Position numbers and translations under genes: made by a program | Part shown: positions 17,467-25,322 of the stretch, in pieces | Layout: every line of letters begins with the position of its first letter | Position numbering within the stretch: the stretch's first letter is position 1 | DNA from: Pseudomonadota bacterium | Lineage (GTDB): Bacteria > Pseudomonadota > Alphaproteobacteria > Rhizobiales > CAJQND01 | Length of the DNA stretch: 64,000 bases | Assembly: GCA_039030315.1 (NCBI GenBank) | Contig: JBCCEL010000001.1 | Span: 9,714 to 73,713 of the forward strand | Direction of reading: 5' to 3' | Notes under the pieces: generated by a model | The model's input: the letters and a program-made list of their open reading frames with translations, nothing else | What the model was told of the DNA's origin: nothing | The model's database searches: none

Positions 17467-20400
17467 CATTGGTCGCCCCGTTCTCTGAATCTTTAGATCA
17501 TGCGCTGCCGGACAAGCCGTATCCGGGCCTGCGTGCGTTTGAGAAGGAGGAGTGGCCGATCTTCTTCGGCCGTGAACGCATGATGTCCGAGGTTGTCAGC
17601 CGGGTTCTGGAACACCAGCTGGTGGTCGTTCACGGTTCATCCGGTTGCGGAAAATCTTCTCTGATCCGGGCTGGGGTATTGCCGGAACTCGAGATCGAAC
17701 ACAGCGAACTGGGCAAGCAGTGGCGGACCGTGATCACCCGGCCAAGCTACGGTCCGATTGACGGTCTGGCACGGGCCATGGCCGATCTCGTGGAGGCTGG
17801 CTCAAGAGAACCGGAACGTATTGAAGAGGACCTTGCCGAAATCCTTTCATCCGGCCGCGAGGCTGCGCCTAGGCTGGCCGATTACCTCCGCCGGAATGAG
17901 AATGACTACGTCTGTGTCCTGATCGATCAGTTTGAGGAGCTGTTTGCCCATGCCAAGCGGGTGAGCCGGGCCGAAGCAATTGTGTTGACCGATGTGCTGG
18001 TTGGCCTGCAGCAGCATCGGCCAGAGGGGCTGCACTTCATCTTGACCATGCGTTCTGAGTTTCTCGGCGAGTGCGGCCGGTTCGACCGGTTTGCTCAGAC
18101 CGTGAACGCCACGCAGTATCTCCTGCCCGAGATGGAACGGGCAGATCTGCTCCGGGCCATCTGCCACCCCGCCGAACTGTTCAACGGGCACGTGAGTGAG
18201 AAGCTTGCGGTGCGGATGATCCGGGAGACGGAAGGCCGGCAGGATGAATTGCCGCTGATCCAGCACGGGCTGATGCTGATGTCGCAGGACAAGCTGGAAC
18301 GAACTGATCACGCGGAGGAAGACGGCTCGATTGCCGGTTTCAAGGCCTGGAATCTGGACCTTCGGGACTATTCAGAGCGCGGTGGGCTTACGCAGATCCT
18401 TTCAGACCATGCCGATAGGGTGTTTGAGACAGCGCTACAGCAGAACCTGGGGCCAGGCGGTGCCGTGGTCGGCCAGGAGCGTATCCGGGTTCTTCTGGCC
18501 CACACCTTCCGTGCGCTGACGGATGTCAATGCAGAGGGGCAGGCGATCAGGAGGCCGCGAGCATTCGGTGAACTGTGCAGGATTTGCGGTGCGAAGGGAC
18601 CGTTTCTTGCGCGGCTGCTGGCACCCTTCCGAGCGGATGGCGTTTCGTTTCTTGTTCCGTACGAACCCGCCGAGCTCACGGACGACAGCATTGTCGATAT
18701 CAGCCACGAGGCGCTGATCCGCTGTTGGGGGCTCATTGCGAAGGAAGAAACTGGTTGGCTGGCGCAGGAGTTTGAGGCCGGATTGAGATGGCGGACGCTT
18801 GTGCACCAGGCGCGGCGCTCCGGGCCGGGTGCAACCCGCGCGCCACTAAGCGCTTCAGCGACAGAGGATCTGCAGGCATTCCTGCCATCACTGCCATCGT
18901 CCGCGTGGGCGGACCGCTATGGAGGCGGGTATGGGGATGTCAGGAGCCTTCTCGAGCTGAGCCGCCGCGTGAACAGCCAGGCGCAACGGCGGAAGGACGC
19001 GGTTATCAAGTGGGGCGGACTCTCTCTGGCCCTGGTCGCGACGGCGTTCGCCGCAATTTCCGCGTTTCAATGGAGGCAAGCAACGAACTCGCGAGAGGTG
19101 GCGTTGAATGTTGCAAAAATTGCGCGACAAAACGCTGAGAGTGCACGCAGATCATTGGGAAGGGCCGTTGCTGCGCGAAGGGCGATGCGGAAAGCGTTGC
19201 GACGAGCTCGGGAGAGCGAGGCCCGGGCTCGGGAGAGCGAGGCACGGGCTCGGAGAGCATTGGTTAAGGCAGGTCGGGCGGAGCTGGAAGCAGAAAAACA
19301 AGCACTCCTGGCTCGAAAGGCAGAAAAGGAGGCCATCAATGCTGCCAAAGGCCAATCTCTTCTCTGGGCGCGGCAAGCGCGAACGCAATTGAAGAAAAAC
19401 CTTCCATCACTGGCTGCAAACATTGCACTGGCCGGACTTCCTGCAAATCCCGATAATGCCGAGCGGCCCTGGGTTGCCCAACTGGCGGGAGTGCTGATCG
19501 AGGCGCTGAGCAGAATTCAAGCTGCGAGTGCAAGACCGATCCGTCCGGTAGCAGTCAATGCGGCGGCGTTTTCGCCGGACGGAAGGCGGCTGGTGTTTGG
19601 TGGCAGGGATGGAAGGGTGCGCCTCAATGATGCGCGAAGTGGAGCGGTGCTCTGGACCCGGTCCGGTCATCATACGGCAGTTTCTTCCCTCGCCTTTTCT
19701 CCCGACGGTCGGCGGCTGGCGTTCGGCGCAGGAGACGGAGTCGTGCAGGTTTGGGATGCCAATCGTGGCAGGCCCCTTTGGAAACGACAGGGACATAGGG
19801 GCACGGTCACCTCTGTCGCGGTTTCTCCCGATGGCAAACGTGTGGTCTCAGCCGGTTCTGCTGGGCGGTTGCGGCTTTGGGATGCGGTGAGGGGCACTCC
19901 GCTCAAAGATTTGAAAGGCCAGACTGGTGCTGCATCCTCGGTTGCATTTTCGCCCGACGGCAAGCGACTGGCTTCCGCCGGCTCTGGAGAAACGCTGCGA
20001 CTTTGGAACCTTGAGTTTGACGGCAAGTTCGAAGAACTGCACGGGCATGTGAGCGCTGTAAAGTCGGTTGCATTCTCGCCTGACGGCAGACGGCTGGTTT
20101 CGGGAGACAACGACGAGACCGTCCTTCTCTGGGACGCCCGCAGTGGCAAGCTTCTCAGAAGGTTAAGTGGTGACAAGGCCAGGGTATACGCGGTTGGGTT
20201 TTCGCCTGATGGCAAGAGGGTGCTGGCGGCGGGCGGAAAAAACAGAACGGCGCGGCTGTGGGATGCCGAAACAGGCAGAACCCTTGTCGCCCTGAAGAAC
20301 CACAAAAGCGAGGTTAGATCGGTTGTGTTTTCGCCTGACGGCAGGCGCTTTGTGTCTGCGGACCGTGACGGGAACGTCAAGACCTGGCCTCGCCGCCGCG

Positions 20401-21368
20401 GTTACGGCAGGCAGAACCCGCGTATCTCCGGCCCCGTCGGGTTTTCGTCTGACGGCAGGCTGGCGGCGTCAAATGGTTCGCGTGGATCTGGTGGAACGAT
20501 ACGTCTGTGGAACGCGCAGAGCGGCAGGGAACTGCGTGATCTGAAAACCGGCCAAAGCCGGCTCACCAAGTTTGCCCTTTCGCCTGACGGCAAGCGCTTG
20601 GCTTCCGGTGGGGCCGACGGAACAGTAAGAATTTTGAACGTTGCCACCGGTCGGCCCCTTTATCAAATGAAGGGGCATCGCGCCAGCGTGACCTCCATCG
20701 CGTTTTCGCTTGACGGCCGGCGGGTGGTATCGGGTGGTTACGACAAGTCAGTGGGACTTTGGGACGCGGTGAAGGGGCAGCAACTTTGGAGGGTCGCCAG
20801 CCGACAGAGTTTCGTTTATGCCGTCGCCGCTTCGTCGGATGGCAAACTGGTGGCGTCCGGCGGTTTTGACGGGACGGTTCGCCTTTGGGGTGCAGCTGGT
20901 GGCCGGGCATTGAGGGTCTTCAAAGGTAGACAGAGTGTGGTGATGTCGGTTGCCATTTCGCCCGATAGCAAGCGGGTAGCTTCCGGCGGCCGTGACGGGA
21001 CGGTGCGGATCTGGGACATTGCAAGTGGGCGCCAGATTCTTAATCTGAAGGGCCACAAGGACGGCGCGGTCTCGGTCGGATACTCGCCCGATGGCAAGCG
21101 AGTGGTTGCCGGAGACAACAGCTCGACCGTACGGATCTGGGACGTAGAAAGTGGCGAAGAACTGATCCAGTTCCGCGGGATACAGGGCGGGGCCACCTAC
21201 GCGGAGTTCTTGTCAGATGGACGAAGGGTGGCGTTCGGCGGCGCGGGCGCATTCGCTATCGCCTTCGTTGGACGGACCAGGGAGGATCTGCTCAAATATG
21301 CGCGGAGTCGCGTTCCGGGGCGTTTGACCACTGAACAGAGAAAACAATTCCTTCTGCCGGCAAACTGA
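17463..21368 (+). CDS. STAND-type P-loop NTPase with a hydrophobic segment, Arg-rich coiled coil and about 14 WD40 repeats
   Basis: N-terminal PYPGLRAFEKEEWPIFFGRE followed by Walker A GSSGCGKSS (17634..17660) and Walker B-like VCVLIDQFEELF. Hydrophobic WGGLSLALVATAFAAISAFQW. Coiled coil with RESEARA duplicated. Then repeated xFSPDGxRLxSGxxDxTxRLWD units from about 19540 to 21250, enough for two 7-bladed propellers. Confidence 0.9.
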   Translation: MTLVAPFSESLDHALPDKPYPGLRAFEKEEWPIFFGRERMMSEVVSRVLEHQLVVVHGSSGCGKSSLIRAGVLPELEIEHSELGKQWRTVITRPSYGPIDGLARAMADLVEAGSREPERIEEDLAEILSSGREAAPRLADYLRRNENDYVCVLIDQFEELFAHAKRVSRAEAIVLTDVLVGLQQHRPEGLHFILTMRSEFLGECGRFDRFAQTVNATQYLLPEMERADLLRAICHPAELFNGHVSEKLAVRMIRETEGRQDELPLIQHGLMLMSQDKLERTDHAEEDGSIAGFKAWNLDLRDYSERGGLTQILSDHADRVFETALQQNLGPGGAVVGQERIRVLLAHTFRALTDVNAEGQAIRRPRAFGELCRICGAKGPFLARLLAPFRADGVSFLVPYEPAELTDDSIVDISHEALIRCWGLIAKEETGWLAQEFEAGLRWRTLVHQARRSGPGATRAPLSASATEDLQAFLPSLPSSAWADRYGGGYGDVRSLLELSRRVNSQAQRRKDAVIKWGGLSLALVATAFAAISAFQWRQATNSREVALNVAKIARQNAESARRSLGRAVAARRAMRKALRRARESEARARESEARARRALVKAGRAELEAEKQALLARKAEKEAINAAKGQSLLWARQARTQLKKNLPSLAANIALAGLPANPDNAERPWVAQLAGVLIEALSRIQAASARPIRPVAVNAAAFSPDGRRLVFGGRDGRVRLNDARSGAVLWTRSGHHTAVSSLAFSPDGRRLAFGAGDGVVQVWDANRGRPLWKRQGHRGTVTSVAVSPDGKRVVSAGSAGRLRLWDAVRGTPLKDLKGQTGAASSVAFSPDGKRLASAGSGETLRLWNLEFDGKFEELHGHVSAVKSVAFSPDGRRLVSGDNDETVLLWDARSGKLLRRLSGDKARVYAVGFSPDGKRVLAAGGKNRTARLWDAETGRTLVALKNHKSEVRSVVFSPDGRRFVSADRDGNVKTWPRRRGYGRQNPRISGPVGFSSDGRLAASNGSRGSGGTIRLWNAQSGRELRDLKTGQSRLTKFALSPDGKRLASGGADGTVRILNVATGRPLYQMKGHRASVTSIAFSLDGRRVVSGGYDKSVGLWDAVKGQQLWRVASRQSFVYAVAASSDGKLVASGGFDGTVRLWGAAGGRALRVFKGRQSVVMSVAISPDSKRVASGGRDGTVRIWDIASGRQILNLKGHKDGAVSVGYSPDGKRVVAGDNSSTVRIWDVESGEELIQFRGIQGGATYAEFLSDGRRVAFGGAGAFAIAFVGRTREDLLKYARSRVPGRLTTEQRKQFLLPAN
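19206..19260 (+). repeat. 21-bp in-frame tandem duplication (about 2.6 copies) inside the STAND coiled coil
   Basis: gctcgggagagcgaggcccgg / gctcgggagagcgaggcacgg / gctcggagagca, encoding ARESEARARESEARARRA. Confidence 0.8.
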
Positions 21369-21651
21369 GCTTGAGCGATCGGACTTGGCATTCTGTCGGT
21401 CCCGACCCCGAAGGGCATTCCTGGTGGTGCGGATCGATCAGTCCCAAAAGGTCCTGTTGAAATTGCTCAGTCCCGCGGAGCGATGGAAGCATGGTTTGTT
21501 GAACCGTCCTGGGGCGTTTGCACGGCAGTTCGCGATGATCTCGAACAGCGGCATGTCTTTCAGCGCTTTACATCACCAGCCACCATAGTGGTCGGCGTTC
21601 ACGAAATCACTGAGATGGTCTCCAAGAGCGCAACTCGGCGCAGCAGTGCTG

Positions 21652-24090
21652 TTATCGGCGATTGGTCGGTTTCCACCTTGCATCCCAGGCAACGAGTTCC
21701 GCCTCCAACACGGGCCAAACCTCGGCCAGCTCCCACAAGTCGTCGTACCAGGGCGGTGTTGGAAGTTCGACGTCAACGGCATCCGGCAAAACCTGTTCGG
21801 ACAACCCGCATTTCTCGAGCTCCGGCAAGACCTGTGTTTCGATGTCCTGATGCAGGGATATTGACCAGAGAGCGATCAGATCCGATCTGGCAGCTATGGC
21901 AATTTTTGCCAGATAGCCTTCGAACCCCTGGCCCGCAAAGTGGCTCCAAAACGTCTGGATCAGGCCCTTCGGCCAATGCGGGTGTTTGCCGTTCAACGAA
22001 GACTGGAGCACCGTTTCCAGGGCTTTGTACACGTCTGAATGCAGATGGTGCGAAAGTGCCCGGCTGATCCAGAGTTTGTGTGCGTCCGGCAGAATTTTGG
22101 CTTCGCGCGAAAAGTCCGGCAGAAGATCGGAAAGCGCGCAAAAGTGTCTCTCGACTTCAGGACTGAATGTGCCGGGTTCAGAGGAGTGGGCAAAGTCAGG
22201 CCACGCCTCGTCCAGCACGCTGGGTCTGATCTCGCGGATGCGTTCGGGTAACTCGATCTCCGGAGCATGATGAAGCTCTCCGGTCGATGCGATATGCACG
22301 ATGAGTTCGTGCCGGATTCGATCAGCGAAGAAAGTATCCGGAGAGTGCAGGCTGTGCCGGAAGGCCGACCTGACATTTCCAAAAGTCAGTTCCCCGGAGC
22401 GGGAGTATGCCAACAAGCCGACGGGATGCTCCCGGTGACGCGCGATGACATGATCGATCTCGCTTGGGCTTTGCAGCTTGAGCACTTCGCCATCGAAGAC
22501 ATGAACCCGGTCAATCATGCCTTGCCACCATCGGGCGTCCTGAACGCCCGGAGGCCTCTGAAACTGCTCTTCGATCGTGCCAGCGGGCGGTTTGAGTTCC
22601 TGCGTTCCGTGCGGCACACCCGGAAAGCGCGCGAGCGTCTGATAACACCTCAACCTCTCGGGTCCATCGTTAAGAGTCGCGAGAAAAGCGTCGTTCATGG
22701 CCCAGTTTCTTGTCCAGCGTGTGTGCCATGTCGATGGTGGCGGCTTGCTTTCGACCAGTGACACCGGATTTCTCCAGATGCGCAGAAGCCTCATCCAGGC
22801 AAGGCTGGTCGGTTGCATGTGCCGCGTATGCTGAAGAAAGTTTATCAGCCTGGACTTCTGCAGCCTGCCGAGGGCCGCCCCAAATCGCTCCTCCACATAG
22901 GCCACCAGTTCGGGTTCCGACTTGTCAATCAATGCATCCGCAATGAAGTCGAGTTGCGTTTCCATGACCGGAACGTACTCAAAGATCCCGTGGAGCCGTA
23001 TCAATGCGGACAAGTCCGTAGGGCTGCGAAAGTTGCCGACGCACGCTGAGCAATAAACGTTGTTTACAAGCTTCTTGGCGAAACGCGCGCTGGCGTTGCC
23101 GTGCAGCATAAACACGCGCGCCAGGTCGCCGCAGATAGACGGATGCGTGAATGTTTGCGCGACACGGCAGTCCGGGTTCCTCTGGGCCAGTTCCATGGCG
23201 AAGGAACTTCCCATCTCGCCGGCATCCCTCGCGTTCATGGGGGCAAGCCTGAAGCTGGCATCAAAAACCTTGGTGAGGAACTCCTGGATTTGCTGCTGAG
23301 TTTGCGCCGCTTCGAGTATCGGCGAGTCGTCAAAGACCACCAACACAACACCTTCAAAGTCCAGCCTGTGACGGTTCAGACTTTTGAGAACCGCTTCCTG
23401 CTGTTCGGTCGATGCACGATCCAGATCATCAATTATGAGCATGTCGGGCCGCATGATAATTCGGTCGGCAGCGGTGTAGAGCACCTGCGACAGGGGGTTC
23501 CCGAGGCGCAGCGATCGCCAGACGTCGCGCACGACGTGGCGCAGCGAACCGAAACTCAGCGCAAGGAAGCTCAAGACGGAAAGCAGCAGCTGTTGCTGGG
23601 CAAGAAACTCCAGGCCTGAGATTAGAGACAGGTTTTGCGTGAGGAAAAAGACTGCAACCGCGAGCGATGTGGCGATGATCAGGAGCAGCCTAAGTCGCGC
23701 GCCCTCGATGAAATGATCGAAATTGTAAAGCAGGTCTTCGGGCGCGTAGTTTGCGCAATTGAAGTTCAGTATTCTTGCGGGAACCAGTTTCTTGCGACCG
23801 GAGATTATCTTCAGATCAATGTCACGCCGCAGTTGTTCGATCACTCCCGACTTGCCCTGGCCAAACCGTCCGTGCAGAGCGAGAAAGAGGTTTTTCGGGC
23901 CCTGATTCCGGGAGGCAGCCTTTCGATGGAGAAAACTGTCGACCGTTCTGAGCAACTCTCCTGCAATCCGGTTCTGCTCGAACAGTTCGGGCAGATGGGG
24001 CTCGGAGGTTGACGCGTCGTCCAGCAGGAACCGGTCGGGCGGAGCCGGCCGTCGCTCAGGCCATTCGCCACGCCCAGCTCTGGACATCAC
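21652..24090 (-). CDS. KAP-family P-loop NTPase (membrane-inserted), last gene of the kinase operon
   Basis: Walker A GRFGQGKSG (23848..23871). Two hydrophobic helices are inserted between Walker A and B (LLLIIATSLAVAVFFLT, LLLSVLSFLALSFGSL). Walker B is MLIIDDLDRAS, the DDLDR form typical of KAP NTPases. About 430 aa of C-terminal region are unassigned. The start overlaps the upstream stop (GTGATG at 24085..24090). Confidence 0.85.
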   Translation of the reverse strand: MMSRAGRGEWPERRPAPPDRFLLDDASTSEPHLPELFEQNRIAGELLRTVDSFLHRKAASRNQGPKNLFLALHGRFGQGKSGVIEQLRRDIDLKIISGRKKLVPARILNFNCANYAPEDLLYNFDHFIEGARLRLLLIIATSLAVAVFFLTQNLSLISGLEFLAQQQLLLSVLSFLALSFGSLRHVVRDVWRSLRLGNPLSQVLYTAADRIIMRPDMLIIDDLDRASTEQQEAVLKSLNRHRLDFEGVVLVVFDDSPILEAAQTQQQIQEFLTKVFDASFRLAPMNARDAGEMGSSFAMELAQRNPDCRVAQTFTHPSICGDLARVFMLHGNASARFAKKLVNNVYCSACVGNFRSPTDLSALIRLHGIFEYVPVMETQLDFIADALIDKSEPELVAYVEERFGAALGRLQKSRLINFLQHTRHMQPTSLAWMRLLRIWRNPVSLVESKPPPSTWHTRWTRNWAMNDAFLATLNDGPERLRCYQTLARFPGVPHGTQELKPPAGTIEEQFQRPPGVQDARWWQGMIDRVHVFDGEVLKLQSPSEIDHVIARHREHPVGLLAYSRSGELTFGNVRSAFRHSLHSPDTFFADRIRHELIVHIASTGELHHAPEIELPERIREIRPSVLDEAWPDFAHSSEPGTFSPEVERHFCALSDLLPDFSREAKILPDAHKLWISRALSHHLHSDVYKALETVLQSSLNGKHPHWPKGLIQTFWSHFAGQGFEGYLAKIAIAARSDLIALWSISLHQDIETQVLPELEKCGLSEQVLPDAVDVELPTPPWYDDLWELAEVWPVLEAELVAWDARWKPTNRR

Positions 24091-25322
24091 TCGGCTGCTT
24101 GTCTTAGCTCGAGACGGTTCGTTTCGCTGTTGCGGTCTGCTTCAAAGCCTTTGTCGAGAGGAATCAGCCGACCGCCGTCCCCCAACCGCGTGAAGACGCG
24201 TCCAGGCCGTGTTTGCGGAACATTGCCGGTAAAGTGGATCTCGGTTTTGACACTCTGCCGATGGTTGAGGTCGGTATAGACCAGGTAACTGTCCCGCTTG
24301 TATGGGCCGGTGATGAGCGGCAGGCGCATGAGCCACGCCACCACATCAAACCACCGGAAGATCTCGGCCAACTGCTTGTCAAAATCTTCTGGAGCGAAGA
24401 CCCGGTTACGGTGTATCGCCGGATTGCGTGTCTCCCGCAAAGTCGCGCAGGCTTCGGTGAAGAACTCCGAGAATTTCTGATTCTCATCCAAATGGAAGTA
24501 GGACTTGATCAGGCCCATGTCGTTGGAACCCTCCAGCCGGTTCAACTGGTTGGATATCCATGATTCAAGTTTGGACGCTGGCGCCTCGGTGCCGGGAGGC
24601 GCTTTCGTGTCCAAATTGAGGCTGGAGACGATCCCGTAGATCAGCTGCGCAAACTCAAGATTGAAGTTCTCGCGAAACTTGCTGAGCTCGGTGAAAAAAT
24701 CCTTGGCCGCGTCATCATCCAAGAACCCTGAACCCGCCAGACGCTTATAGCTGTTCAAGGTGTCGCGAGCGAGATCCCGGAGAGTCGGGAACCCGGATTC
24801 CATCACAAGGGAAAGGACTCGAGCCACATATCTGTCGTGGATCTGCTTGAGAAAAAAATCCGCATACGTCGCGGCCGTCATGTACTCGTGCGCGTCGTCC
24901 GCCTCTTTATCTATGCTGGACTTCACAATGTACGGGATCTGGGCTTTGGCTCCGGCGAAGTTGGCCAGATTGGTGTTGGGGTAAGCGGTAAACAGCGCCA
25001 TGAAGCCGGGCGGGTCCCATGCTCGCAGTTCCTCTATGAAATCTCGTCCCTTCTCCCGGGATACCGGACCTCCGGGCTCGTCAGGCAGATTCTGATCAAT
25101 CGATACTCCGTGAAAGCAGTGATTGCGAACTAGCTTCAATGCCTCGGCTGTTGTTTCTGCGCAACTGAGGTCAACGTCGACGTCGAGTGTATCGCCTGCG
25201 ATCCGCATGGCCCGTTTGATGTCAGCTATCCAGGTCGGAGTGTCCTCAATGACAAGAATTCGCATTACGTGCTTCACGAACGTTTCCTTCAACTTCAAGC
25301 AAGCTTCAGAGCCGGAGTTCAA
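24087..25322 (-). CDS. response-regulator receiver (REC) domain protein with a C-terminal HEPN-like (RNxxxH) domain and no HTH
   Basis: REC hallmarks: RILVIEDT (acidic pair), HGVSIDQNLPD (phospho-acceptor Asp), MALFTAY (Thr) and PYIVKSS (Lys). The C-terminal region contains TLRETRNPAIHRN, an Rx4H motif with Asn after Arg (nt 24411..24428). The 25322 start is TTG. GTG at 25277 (AAGGA 7 nt upstream) or ATG at 25265 are alternative starts. Confidence 0.75.
   Translation of the reverse strand: MNSGSEACLKLKETFVKHVMRILVIEDTPTWIADIKRAMRIAGDTLDVDVDLSCAETTAEALKLVRNHCFHGVSIDQNLPDEPGGPVSREKGRDFIEELRAWDPPGFMALFTAYPNTNLANFAGAKAQIPYIVKSSIDKEADDAHEYMTAATYADFFLKQIHDRYVARVLSLVMESGFPTLRDLARDTLNSYKRLAGSGFLDDDAAKDFFTELSKFRENFNLEFAQLIYGIVSSLNLDTKAPPGTEAPASKLESWISNQLNRLEGSNDMGLIKSYFHLDENQKFSEFFTEACATLRETRNPAIHRNRVFAPEDFDKQLAEIFRWFDVVAWLMRLPLITGPYKRDSYLVYTDLNHRQSVKTEIHFTGNVPQTRPGRVFTRLGDGGRLIPLDKGFEADRNSETNRLELRQAAE

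Noticed and set aside
21369-21651. A small minus-strand ORF (38 aa, MPLFEIIANCRANAPGRF...) and other ORFs in the convergent gap between the STAND and KAP genes.
   Set aside because: It has no SD, motif or coupling to a neighbour, and is indistinguishable from chance at this length.
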